Below, in pieces: positions 1-12,022 of a stretch of DNA of 64,000 nt. The stretch's first letter is position 1. Every line of letters begins with the position of its first letter. The translations under genes were made by a program, and so were the position numbers. This DNA is from Pecten maximus (taxonomy: Eukaryota). A model generated the notes under the pieces. The model was not told the DNA's origin, did no database searches, and saw only the letters and a program-made list of their open reading frames with translations. The stretch lies in the NCBI RefSeq assembly GCF_902652985.1, contig NC_047030.1:5828001-5892000 (forward strand). The letters run 5' to 3'.

Positions 1-2108
1 ATTTTTTTGATATTTGTTATTATATAACACAATATAGATCAGTAACTCATTTCTAATTATTTAATTATTTTTTTATTTGTACATTTAATCTGATATTGTC
101 ATTATCAATAGCAAAATATATAATTTGGCATAGTGCTTTTAAATTTTGATGATTTATTTATTTTATGTATATTTGTTGATTTAATATTGTCATTTCAATA
201 TTACTAGTAAAATATTCCTTATGATAGTATATCTGATTCAAATACCTGAGCTGACCCTATTTTTTTTTATCTGAGTTGGTATTTCATATTGAAACAGACT
301 ATAACTAAACTTCAAAGAACTTCCTACAATAACACCTCCCTTTGACTTTACCTGAGTTGGTGTTCGGGGAATGAGCCGTTTTTTTTTACCTGTGTCATGT
401 GTTGACCCACAATACCTGAATTTTAAAAACAATGGCCCGTATAAGATACACAGAAATTGGAAACTAAAGCGGAAATCAAAATCAGATAAATTTGAAACAC
501 TCGTAACACCTGAAAATAGCATTACTCTAATATATTTACATTTAATAAAAATATCAAAACCGGATATAGATTGATTTTTTAAGATATTGATTTAATTAGC
601 TCACACATTGCATTGGTGAGTCATCTGTTTTACATTACAATTTGGCGTCGTTCCAAAAGGACAACAAGTGTAAGTACAGAAATCCTGTATACTGTACAGT
701 ACGAAAATAACAGCACACTTATAATGTTAACGTTTTACCAAGGTCAAGGTATAGGTCATCAAAGGTCACAAAGGTCAAAGTGTCTCTTAATACGTGTACT
801 GATATATATAGCAATTTCCATTTGCACATCTTTAACTGTTTTCAATTAGAATTATAAAATGTTAATATTTAAGTCAGCAATCGTCAACTTCATCATTGCT
901 GTACTGTTCATTTACGTGTCATTGTACTTTAAATTAATTATAACAGGCAAATTGCAGGATGTAATTGCGCCTTATGATACAGGTTTAGGTAAATGGTCGA
1001 TTCGCAACAAGCTGGTAACATAAAACTTGTTTTTAAATACCTTTATGACTGTTGTGCACACTTATTAAACCCCCCAAAGTTGTTGGAGTGGCACAAAGCC
1101 AGAATGTGTTTATAGATTATAGCGAACACGTCAAGTTTGGTAAGTAGCCAAAACAATCTAAGGAATTTCTTTTAAAAGATATAGACTCACTGCTATATCT
1201 TTATTGGTATTGCCATATGCACAATGTCAAGCAAAATCAAACAATAGAAAACGTATTCTATATGGTACATACATTTTGCTTACTGGCAATTAAACTTTGA
1301 TGATACCCAAATGACGCAGGAAGCTTAAAAGAATACTAGCTCTTACTTATCAACCCTGTCCTCTCAGTCTTTAGAAATAGTAAATACTTACGAAATCCTA
1401 TCCGACAAATTACAGGTTTGCAATAAATAGGTCTTCCAGATAACTGGTGTTGAACCAGGTGGACGGAAACTGTTTTGGAGACCTGCAAATACACGTGAAA
1501 CAACACATAACATTCCTATTTGCAATAACATAAACGTATCGTGTCAATTCAAAATCCGAATCACTGTATGCTACACTGTACGATATACATTATGGTGAAT
1601 ATAACCAGTACCTGAATGTACAGATGTAAGCAGAGCCTTACAAAATCAGTCAATAGATGAAAGAGGTTTTTGATAACTGTTACTGAACTTACTTGCAGGA
1701 GCACAACACAAATATGCAAGGAAAACTGCGCCATTCTGATATAAACGAAAACGAAAGTAGAATATAAACGAAAGTACAGAAAAAGAAAATACCGTAACAG
1801 TTGCTAAATTATCTTCCATTCCTTTATGACTTCCTTATACAAATTTCTGGGTCATGAAATACTACATGACCGAAAAATGTCCGATTTTATAGCTGGACCC
1901 AACTGAGATCCGTTCGGTATACCTCGACGGGTTTGGTAGATCATTGTATGATGGAACAATCGAAACACCTCGCCTCCGTCTGATGATAGCATTGCATGCC
2001 TCCTACGTCGAATACATGTAAGGGAACAGCATTTTGATGTCATAAAGCTTGTTTTAGGCATTGTCACTTACATACTTACCTGTATTCTTAACGTGTACCG
2101 CATCGAGA

Positions 2109-2995
2109 TGTAACAGGAGCGTGTCGGGCCCAGTTTGTTATGTACAAACTGCACCCGGCACACTACCCTGAATCGCACGTCAACCCAGGTTCGTTGGGTC
2201 TGCTTGTTAACGCTGGTGAAGGAGACTCGACACAATTAAACAGTTAACAATATTTATTACATTTCCACAAAAAGTACACAACAGAATCACATACAGGGTA
2301 AAGACAGTTATCACGTCTGCTAACCCCGATCAACGTCAGATCAGACTAATACATGGGTATACGTAGAGTGACACTAATTGCCGAAAAGATGTCTTATCGC
2401 GCAATAAAGACAGAGTATAATGTATACATTGGTAACGGTTGAACTGATACACCCTCTCATATTGTGGTATGATATTCAGCATGCCGGGTATAAATAAATT
2501 TATCTCCATACCTGGAACTGATTAAATACAAAATATTTAAGCATCTGTAAATCAAAAGCCATGGCTGAACATGTATCAGAAAATAGACAGCGCTGTCGAT
2601 ATCAAGGGGTGAGTAACACATTAACTCTCTGGACGACCTAGGAACTCAATAATGGGCCATTATGCTCTTTTTAGTAGGGCTATTTAATTTGAACAAATGA
2701 TTTATCTTGACCTACTTTTAAGTTTACATATGGGTCAAATTCTTATCATTTTCAACAATAGGCCTAGGCCTACCTAAGTAACCAAGAGACATCGATGTTT
2801 AACAAGCTGCATGCAGGGATGAACATTGATCAATTATATTAAATTGAGGTCAAAGAAATAAGACCATTGTCTGATGTTTAAAATGTTATGTTAGGATTAT
2901 ATCGTTCATGAAATAATGTCCCGATTCGTTTGCCCGAGATGTCAAATCCCAATTATTCTGACTCATTAAAGGGTTTTAGGCACAAAAAGGTTACA
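2109..2995 (-). mobile_element. Probable solo LTR of an LTR retrotransposon
   Basis: Bounded by perfect 6-bp inverted termini TGTAAC (2109) and GTTACA (2990-2995), with AATAAA on the minus strand (~2253) about 145 nt from its 3' end. Its first bases on the minus strand (TGTAA) supply the stop codon of the neighbouring polB-like ORF. No TSD (gaga/gttt) and no PBS were found. Confidence 0.5.
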
Positions 2996-3986
2996 GTTTT
3001 CTATAGGTTGGTTTTCTGAAAAGCCCATGGCGGAGTATCTGTTGTGTCATGGGTGCTTGTGGTTCGTTTTGGGTCAATTCTTTCCATTCTTCATTAGATA
3101 TCTTATTTGCGAGTGCCCAACACACGGCTATGGATCGAGCCATACACATGCTATCCTCGTTGACGATTTGGACAAGAGACGTCTTCTTTTTGATGGAATC
3201 ATCTCCGCCGGATATGTCCGTACTCCGTCTCCTACCACTCCCTTTGGGGACGTTGATCATGCCAATGCCAATATCGAATCCTTTCGTCACGGTGAGCTCC
3301 TCGTGACTCTGCAGCACCTTTTCGACATGTTCCATGACCAGTTCGGCAACAAGCTCTTCTAATGGATGTAATGGAACCACGATAGCTTTGTCCAAACTCG
3401 GGTGATGGATGAGGACACGCCCCACATCGTTGTCTGCCGCTCCATCTTTAGCTTCATCTAATACATGTTTAAACATGTCATGGATGTCGTCGTGTATATC
3501 TTTTAGTTTTTTATTGTTCCAAAAATCCTTGTCTAAATGAACCTGATATTTGATGTCAACGGTCGTCTTTGTTTTGAACTGTTTTTCTCTGACTTTTTCT
3601 AAGTGGTCAGGCCTGGGTAGTTGCTGGCCGCCATACTGGTCAATTCTTTGACGTTTTGGTAGTGGTGGTAAGTCCAGTTCCATTTCTATTTCTCTCCATT
3701 TCAATTCCTGGGGTTTTTGTTTCACGTAGTGATTGTCTAGGAATCCAGTAATCTCGGCAAATTCTCCCAATTCCTCGCTATTATCGAAGGAATCCACGAT
3801 GTCTTTTAAGTCGGAAAAATGATTCAATTCTGAAAAAATACGAACACGTTCAAATAACAGTAACTCCAATATTTTTAATATGACCGTATACATAATTTTC
3901 GCGTCGTAGGCCCCTTTCATGTTTTGACTGATATGTAAATTTGGGGGAGCGTTAAGTGCCTTATCGTAAAACCGAGTGTGTAACAA
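2991..3986 (-). pseudogene. Truncated N-terminal part of a Polinton/Maverick-type protein-primed DNA polymerase B
   Basis: Contains LDKAIVVPLHPLEELVAELVMEHVEKVLQSHEE...IGMINVPKGSGR and KKKTSLVQIVNEDSMCMARSIAVCWA, motifs that precede the exonuclease/PolB domains in invertebrate Polinton-like polymerases. The ORF ends before any catalytic motif. An in-frame ATG lies at 3683. Confidence 0.7.
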
Positions 3987-4718
3987 GATACCCCCAATTA
4001 CAAGTGGAGGCGCACGACACTACTGTGTGAAGTGCTAACCCGAGATAATGAAAAACACATTGGAATCTATTCATATGTTTATATGAAGGGATCTTGTTTG
4101 AGCTGTGTATTGATAAACTAAATGAAATATAAAAATACACGGATGGATTCACCGTATTTGTGATGTAGTATCAACAACCAATAGGTTGATAACATATTTA
4201 TAGTAAAACCACAGCGTGAAATGTCACTAGAGATAATGAACAACACGTGGCATATTAGTAATCCTATGGACATTTATACATATGAAATTTAGGAAACGGC
4301 ACCACTCTTAGTTAAAGCCCGGTCTGCGGTAGTCCCTACCGCCCAGTCCATGACTAATTGTTAGGGAGGAGCTATCTACTGGTGATAGCATCAGCTGACC
4401 AGCTGCAGTGTTTGTAAACACAGCCATGCCTGATCCCCCAGACTGATGGTGGTCAGATATTCAGTAGGAGATGTGCACAATTCACAGTAACTGTTTTATG
4501 CAAGTTTCAGTATGCCTTGTGATATAATAATACATCAAATTCATCAATGCATTTGTAAAAAAAGTTTTTTCTTCCATAATGATAAATTTGCTTAGTTGTT
4601 ACCCTCGTATTTCTGTATAACTTTTGTTGTTAAAAAAATTTGCAGAATCTTGAGTGAGTGGCCAAATACTGCTACATGTGACAAGTCAGGGTTATTTCAT
4701 TTAATTTATTTTTTGCGT

Positions 4719-4756
<38 letters not shown>
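4719..4756 (+). repeat. 38-nt poly-G tract at the left breakpoint of a tandem duplication
   Basis: Direct reading of the sequence. Confidence 0.95.
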
Positions 4757-4757
<1 letters not shown>

Positions 4758-4899
4758 TGGTGGTGGTGTAGGAGTTTGGATATATTGATATTGTATGATG
4801 TATTGTCAATTACGCCATTATACTAATTCTATATTTCTATACATTCTTATTATCTCAATTATATTTACATTTTAAGTTAACTATTGACAAAATACATCC

Positions 4900-6023
4900 T
4901 GCACAGATGTTTCAGCAATACCATAATACAGAAGGTTTTTCATCAAACACACAGACGTAAAAAATCCAGTAAGCCTTGGTTTACACGAGAATGTCATCTT
5001 AAGAGGTTTGATTCATAGAGCTAAACGCTGTTATAATGTCGAAAAAAATCTCACAAATAAAACTATTCTTAAAAATTCTGTAACAGAATATAGAAAAACT
5101 TTAAATAAATCCTACAGAACTCATCAAGAGAAAATGGAAAAAGAATTATGAAACGCTTCCAAATCAGAACCGAACCATTCTGGCATATTCTAGGTGAAAT
5201 TGACGGAACTACAAAGGGGCAAAATATTGATAAAAAAATATAAATGAATTGTACAATTACTTTAAAGGTCTTAACAAGGGAGGTAACTCTAATGAAATCT
5301 TTGACACAATCGCAACATTTCGGGGAAATTTCCGGCAACACTCGGAAATCCATTCCAAGAACTTTGATAGTGAAATTAAATATGGAGATGGAAGATTCGA
5401 TGATTTACTGAATGGTGAAATTACTGAGTGTGAAATTTATACTTTAAGCAACAATAAGGCTCCAGATGGAATCTTAAATGAATAGCTAAAAGCCACTGTA
5501 GAATTATTAAAACTATTATATTATAAATTATTTAATGCCATATTTAATACAGGCTGCATTACCAATTCCTGGAAGGTAGGGGTTATTAAACCCATATATA
5601 AACGTAAAGGTGATCCTGATAACTTAGACAATTATAGAGCAATAAGCCTTGTCTCATGTCTTGGTAAAGTGTTTACATCTATTCTTAATAGCAGATTAAA
5701 TAATGAAATAAATCTTATAACTTATGCCCAGACTGGATTCAGAAAAAAATCATTCTACTACTGATACTAAATATTTTAATTCTTCATGTCTTAACATCCA
5801 TCTTTTTCTCACTTGGAAAAAATGTTATTTTGTACATTTGTACACTTCAAAAAGGCCTTTGATTCGGTTTGGAGACTTGGGCTATGGAAAAAGTCCAGAA
5901 AAGTAATATAACCGGGAAATATTTAAAGTTATTTATACTTTATATGCAAATATCAAATCCTGTGTAAAAAATGGAAATGAGGTATCTGAAATGTTCAATT
6001 GTAATATCGGGGTACGTCACTGA
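4900..6023 (+). mobile_element. Degraded non-LTR retrotransposon (LINE) ORF2 fragment, N-terminal part of RT, copy 1
   Basis: Translates with stops and frameshifts to LNGEITECEI..NNKAPDGILNE..LFNAIFNTGC..WKVGVIKPIYKRKGDPDNLDNYRAISLVSCLGKVFTSILNSRL..QTGFR..FKKAFDSVWR..GVR. It ends before the YADD motif. The start coordinate is approximate. Confidence 0.85.
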
Positions 6024-6486
6024 AATAGGCGAGCATTTGAGATTTTAATCGGTCTGAACGAAGTTCAAAGTTAATCGAAGCTCACCCCGACTTCCGGTTT
6101 CTCGAATGTTACACCTTGTTGTTATAGTATGAGTAGGGTCAAATATTTTCTATTAATATTTACCAGAAGCAGACGCATGTGCATAGTGTGAGATAGCCGG
6201 TTTCACCACGTATGTGTAGTGATTATTCCTGTTTTTTTCTATATGTTCCAGGTTTGCTTGAACTACTGCAGTTTGGAGCAAATTTTCTTCGCCTTCGACA
6301 TTTGAAATAAAAGATAAAAGAAAGAAAGAAAATAACTTCGTGAGAATTCGGTGAAGAGGACATGGATTTATATCAAAACTTATCAAAAGTAAATCCATTT
6401 GTGACAAAGGACAAATACACAACCTTGTTTATTCAGAGAAACGTCTAAGGTCATCGCATATTAAAGGTGGGTGATCCATATCTACG

Positions 6487-6816
6487 ATGTCCGTGAGAGC
6501 TGAAGAGAATCCCAGTAAGTTGGATCACATAAAAAAGGCCAAAGGGACGAATCCTTCTTACAAATGCGATGTATGTGACAAGGAATTTAAAAACGCACCT
6601 AACCTACGGGTTCATCGAAAGATACATTTGGCTGAGAAGCCCCATACGTGTCGTTTTTGTAATAAGGGGTTCGTTACCAAACGGAACTTACAGCAAAACC
6701 TTAGGACACATACCGGAGAGAAGCCATACAAATGTGAGATTTGTTGCAAGTGTTTTGCTACAAAATTGATTTTAAAGAGACACTATAGGGTCCATACTGG
6801 GATGGTGGTGGTGTAG
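6487..6816 (+). pseudogene. Truncated duplicate of the C2H2 zinc-finger gene (first 3 fingers only)
   Basis: Identical to the ORF at 8526 up to ...RVHTG, then reads across the duplication junction into MVVV*. Confidence 0.85.
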
Positions 6817-6944
6817 GAGTTTGGATATATTGATATTGTATGATGTATTGTCAATTACGCCATTATACTAATTCTATATTTCTATACATTCTTATTATCT
6901 CAATTATATTTACATTTTAAGTTAACTATTGACAAAATACATCC

Positions 6945-8060
6945 TGCACAGATGTTTCAGCAATACCATAATACAGAAGGTTTTTCATCAAACACACAGA
7001 CGTAAAAAAATCCAGTAAGCCTTGGTTTACACGATAATGTCATCTTTTAAGAGGTTTGATTCATAGAGCTAAACGCTGTTATAATGTCGAAAAAAATCTC
7101 ACAAATAAAACTATTCTTAAAAATTCTGTAACAGAATATAGAAAAACTTTAAATAAATCCTACAGAACTCATCAAGAGAAAATGGAAAAAGAATTATGAA
7201 ACGCTTCCAAATCAGAACCGAACCATTCTGGCAAATTCTAGGTGAAATTGACGGAACTACAAACGGGCAGAATATTGATAAAAAAATATAAATGAATTGT
7301 ACAATTACTTTAAAGGTCTTAACAAGGGAGGTAACTCTAATGAAATCTTTGACACAATCGCAACTTTTCGGGGAAATTTCCGGCAACACTCGGAAATCCA
7401 TTCAGAGAACTTTGATAGTGAAATTAAATATGGAGATGGAAGATTCGATGATTTACTGAATGGTGAAATTACTGAGTGTGAAATTTATACTTTAAGCAAC
7501 AATAAGGCTCCAGATGGAATCTTAAATGAATAGCTAAAAGCCACTGTAGAATTATTAAAACCATTATATTATAAATTATTTAATGCCATATTTAATACAG
7601 GCTGCATTACCGATTCCTGGAAGGTAGGGGTAATTAAACCCATATATAAACGTAAAGGTGATCCTGATAACTTAGACAATTATAGAGCAATAAGCCTTGT
7701 CTCATGTCTTGGTAAAGTGTTTACATCTATTCTTAATAGCAGATTAAATAATGAAATAAATCTTATAACTTATGCCCAGACTGGATTCAGAAAAAAAAAT
7801 ATTCTACTACTGATACTAAATATTTTAATTCTTCATGTCTTAACATCCATATTTTTCTCACTTGGAAAAAATGTTATTTTGTACATTTGTACACTTTTGA
7901 TTCGGTTCGGCTTGGGCTATGGAAAAAAGTCCAGAAAAGTAATATAAGCGGGAAAATATTTAAAGTTATTTATACTTTATATGCAAATACCAAATCCTGT
8001 GTAAAAAATGGAAATGGGGTTTCTGAAATGTTCAATTGTAATATCTGGGTACGTCACTGA
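6945..8060 (+). mobile_element. Degraded LINE RT fragment, copy 2
   Basis: Second copy of 4900-6023 within the tandem duplication. Confidence 0.85.
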
Positions 8061-9249
8061 AATAGGCGAGCATTTGATATTTTAATCGGTCTGAACGAAG
8101 TTCAAAGTTAATCGAAGCTCACCCCGACTTCCGGTTTCTCGAGTGTTACACCTTGTTGTTATAGTATGAGTAGGGTCAAATATTTTTTATTAATATTTAC
8201 AAGAAGCAGACGCATGTGCATAGTGCGAGATAGCCGGTTTCACCACGTATGTGTAGTGATTATTCCTGTTTTTTTTTCTATATGTTCCAGGTTTGTTTGA
8301 ACTACTGCAGTTTGGAGCAAATTTTCTTCGCCTTCGACATTTGAAATAAAAGATAAAAGAAAGAAAGAAAATAACTTCGTGAGAATTCGGTGAAGAGGAC
8401 ATGGATTTATATCAAAACTTATCAAAAGTAAATCCATTTGTGACAAAGGACAAATACACAACCTTGTTTATTCAGAGAAACGTCTATGGTCATCGCATCT
8501 TAAAGGTGGGTGATCCATATCTACGATGTCCGTGAGAGCTGAAGAGAATCCCAGTAAGTTGGATCACATAAAAAAGGCCAAAGGGACGAATCCTTCTTAC
8601 AAATGCGATGTATGTGACAAGGAATTTAAAAACGCACCTAACCTACGGGTTCATCGAAAGATACATTTGGCTGAGAAGCCCCATACGTGTCGTTTTTGTA
8701 ATAAGGGGTTCGTTACCAAACGGAACTTACAGCAAAACCTTAGGACACATACCGGAGAGAAGCCATACAAATGTGAGATTTGTTGCAAGTGTTTTGCTAC
8801 AAAATTGATTTTAAAGAGACACTATAGGGTCCATACTGGAGAGAAGCCGTATTCCTGTGACACCTGTGGTAAGAAATTCAGTAGTTCCGGTGGCTTGAAG
8901 GAGCACAAACGTACACATACAGGAGAGAAGCCATATAAATGCGATATTTGTGGTCACGGATTTACCTGTACAAGTAACCTCTACAGACATTTAAGGAGAC
9001 ATGCTGGGGACAAGCCACACAAATGTGACTTATGTAACAGGGGATTCCTACTTGCTGGTAGCCTAAAGACCCACATCATGACACATACAGGAGAAAAGCC
9101 ATTCAAATGTGACATCTGTGGCAAAGATTTCAGAAAGATACAATACCTTCAGAAAACCTGACAATACACGATGGTGATAATCCACACAGATGTGAGGTCT
9201 GTGGAATAGGCTTTAGACGGGACTACGATCTGCAGAGACATAGACGATC

Positions 9250-11192
9250 GAGGTACGGACAAAAGCCCCCCCGGACATTAGCCCCCCCGGACATTAGCCC
9301 CTAGGACAAAAGCCCCCCCGGACATTAGCCCCTTCACACTAATCAAAAAGTGGACAAAAGCCCCTTCATAAAAAAAATTATTTTTATTTTTTTTATTTTT
9401 TATGTTTTTATTTATTCGGTTTTTTTTTAAATTACAATATATGTTTTAGCAGTGGTTATATTAAGTGCTACATACATATGTAAGTGACTTCAGTCACCAG
9501 TGGCTTCTGCAATGTAAACAACTACTTGAACTGTTACATAAACAATAAGCTGTTACACAGGTGTTTGGTAGGTTTTTCATTGATTTTACTGTTACATAAA
9601 CAATAAGCTGTTACACAGGTGTTTGGTAGGTTTTTCATTGATGTTGTATTCTCCTCGAAGGAAATATATCATTAATGGCTTCATGTGTATCAACAGTGAA
9701 ATTTCTATGTTTGCACAGGTATAAATTGTTTTTATATTGTTTCTTTGATTTTAATCATTCCTAAAATTAAAATTACAACACAGAGCAACATGTTTGGTTA
9801 GGTACTTATTATGTTATAATTTGAGACACTGCAAATAGGGATCAAATGTTTATTGCTTTTGTAGGCATTTCTTTGATTATCAATATTTGCAGTATATTAG
9901 GAGGTCAGAAATTATGTGTAATCAGTAACAATTTATTCAGCATGGAGATCATACGTACTGCCAAAGGTGGAGTGAAACTATGTGTAGATGGTTATATGTT
10001 TACGAAGAAAGGTACAAACAAAACTACAGTACGATGGGAATGTTCTCAGAGACGAGCTCAGTCATGTAAAGGTGCCATTGTAACAGATCTACAGATGCAA
10101 AGAATAGTTTCGTCAACTGATCACCGCCATGAGAATGACATCAATAGCGTAAAAGCGACAAAGATACGTGTAGCTATGAAAGACAATGTTGTAACAAATC
10201 GAGGACGACCAGGACAGATTGTTGCAGATGCCTTACAGCAATGTCCAGTGGAAGTTCGTGTTGCCATGGGGAAAATAGAGAGTGTTAAGAGGGCCATTCG
10301 TAGACAGAAACGTGGTACTCTTCCCAAGGAGCCAGCTACCCTTCGGGAATTCATCATTGATGGCGAATGGACGACAACAGGAACTGATGATGACGAACAA
10401 TTCCTCATTCATGATAGTGGATCAGAGTCACATAGTCGTGCTGTTGTGTTTGCGTTTGCGTCATTATTGTGTTATACTCACAGACTAGTGTGTTATGCAT
10501 GAATCGTGGTACCGTGGTACCAAAGACTTTTCAGATATTAAGTGAATGAACCTTAATGTGTTGTAGCCACATTGCTTGCAGACTATGCCCAGCTATGTTA
10601 TGCTATTCGTGAAGCGCGTGAACTGTTTAGTACATGAAATATTTATCATTATGCAGTTTGATATCATGTGTTGTTATATGGCTGTGTGTGATATTAATGA
10701 ATAATAACAAATTAAAAACTATGAAATCTACACCATGTTTTTGTATTCATTAATTGAAGTATGCAACATATATGACAGAAACTGTGAGTAAGTTTGTGGG
10801 AAAACATCATAATTTATTGTACAAACTTCAAGACATTTTGTTTTAAATGATAAGCTTTCCTGAAATGTTCAGCTTACTTAATAATATAAAGTTTGAACAA
10901 ATAAATTATGATGTTTAACCACAGACATATAATGCAGCTCTGACATTGAACCAAGGACCTTCATTTTCCACACAATTATTCTCCAAATTTCAGAGATAAA
11001 AACAGCAGTATATATACAGTTTTTGTTTTTCAAAAGTACAGATTTATATAAAGTATACCAGCTAAATTTATAATGAAGGGGCTTTTGTCCGGGGGGGCTA
11101 ATGTCCGGGGGGGCTTTCGTCCGGGGGGGCTTTTGTCCTAGGGGCTAATGTCCGGGGGGGCTAATGTCCGGGGGGGCTTTTGTCCTACACTC
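9250..11192 (+). mobile_element. Mutator-superfamily (FLYWCH/Phantom-like, foldback-type TIR) DNA transposon, internally deleted
   Basis: Perfect 8-bp TSD AGACGATC (9242-9249 and 11193-11200). The TIRs GAG....GGACAAAAGCCCCCCC are built of GGACA(AA/TT)AGCCCC subrepeats over ~115 bp. It contains an internal FLYWCH ORF and an internal 58-bp tandem duplication (9530-9642). Confidence 0.9.
9942..10502 (+). pseudogene. MULE transposase fragment: FLYWCH DNA-binding domain, truncated just before the DDE domain
   Basis: MEIIRTAKGGVKLCVDGYMFTKK....VRWECSQRRAQSCKGAI...TDHRH is a FLYWCH zinc finger. It is followed by LPKEP...QFLIHDSG..SRAVVFA, the usual lead-in to the MULE core, and then unrelated sequence. 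Confidence 0.85.
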
Positions 11193-11316
11193 AGACGATC
11201 ACATGCAGACTTAAATACATTAAGGTGTGATATATGTAATGAAAGATTTAACAATGTAGAAGACCTGCATGGTCATCTTAAAATACATACATGGGGAAAG
11301 CCATACAAGTGTGATG

Positions 11317-12002
11317 TGTAGTGAACTAGGAAATAGACAAGTTTTATATATTATGTGTTCAAAGTTACCTAGAGTAGTTAAAGCTGTACGCTATAGTCAG
11401 CCAAATCTATGCGAGTTGCTTCCCTTAGATTAGTTGTTAATTAACCCGTTTTAGGTTTACACCCTTCATTCTATATCAAGGTAAAATATAACCAAACGAT
11501 AGAACCTGAAAGTCAGTCGTTATTAGGTAGCACACGGTCTGTGGGACCAGTGGTCAGTGCCTAGGGCTATATTTGGAAATGACGAGATAGGGGTTTAGAT
11601 ACGCCCATATTTCGGGTTAAAAGTCAGGATTGGTCAATTGACCACATCCTCAATTCATACATATTAATTAACCCTTAGGGGATATAAAAGGACTTGCGCG
11701 TTTTGCATAAGGAGTTCTCCAGCAGCTTTCAGTCTAAACGGACTTAGTGCCGTTTGGATGTACATATTTAGGATGTGAGGACTTAGTTAGTTTAAATGTG
11801 TGTGAACTGTTAAGTGTGAATGCGCCGGCGATAGCGTGGAAGATGGATGAAACTTCATTGGATTGTATTGTACCTTCGGGATTTTCCTGTGGATTAATAA
11901 ATATAAGTAAACTTTATATCCAGTGTTGAATTATGTTTATCACACCACAACCATCCCAAAAAGAACTTTCACGTCCCGTGTTCATGGAGAGCGGACGTTA
12001 CA
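11317..12002 (+). mobile_element. 5' LTR of an LTR retrotransposon (probably Gypsy-like), inserted in zinc finger 10
   Basis: TGTAGTG...CGTTACA termini, TATAAAA at ~11683, AATAAA at 11896, and a PBS 2 nt downstream. The left boundary is inferred from where zinc-finger homology stops. No gag/pol or 3' LTR was recognised downstream. Confidence 0.75.
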
Positions 12003-12004
12003 AT

Positions 12005-12022
12005 TGGTGGCAGCGGTGGGAT
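12005..12022 (+). promoter_or_regulatory. Primer-binding site complementary to the 3' end of tRNA-Leu
   Basis: TGGTGGCAGCGGTGGGAT is the reverse complement of ATCCCACCGCTGCCA-CCA, the 3' end of metazoan tRNA-Leu(AAG/TAG). Confidence 0.9.

Larger units (their letters stand above)
4754..8839 (+). repeat. ~2.04-kb tandem duplication (copy 1 4754-6800, copy 2 6799-8839)
   Basis: Near-identical sequence and duplicated ORFs (5249/7297, 6487/8526). The junction ACTGG|GATGG has 2-bp GG microhomology. The copies differ by scattered SNPs and small indels. Confidence 0.95.
8526..11321 (+). pseudogene. Disrupted C2H2 zinc-finger gene (at least 9 fingers plus the start of a 10th)
   Basis: TGEKP-linked fingers from 8526. 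Finger 2 has H->N. There is a 1-bp frameshift at ~9156 (LQK/LTIHDGDNPHRCEVCGIGFRRDYDLQRHRRS). After removing the 9250-11192 insertion and one TSD, the frame resumes HADLNTLRCDICNERFNNVEDLHGHLKIHTWGKPYKCDV*. A candidate acceptor TTCCAG lies at ~8290 and an ETS-like CTTCCGG at ~8128. Confidence 0.9.

Noticed and set aside
4596-4826. Gly-rich ORF
   Set aside because: It is a translation of the poly-G tract.
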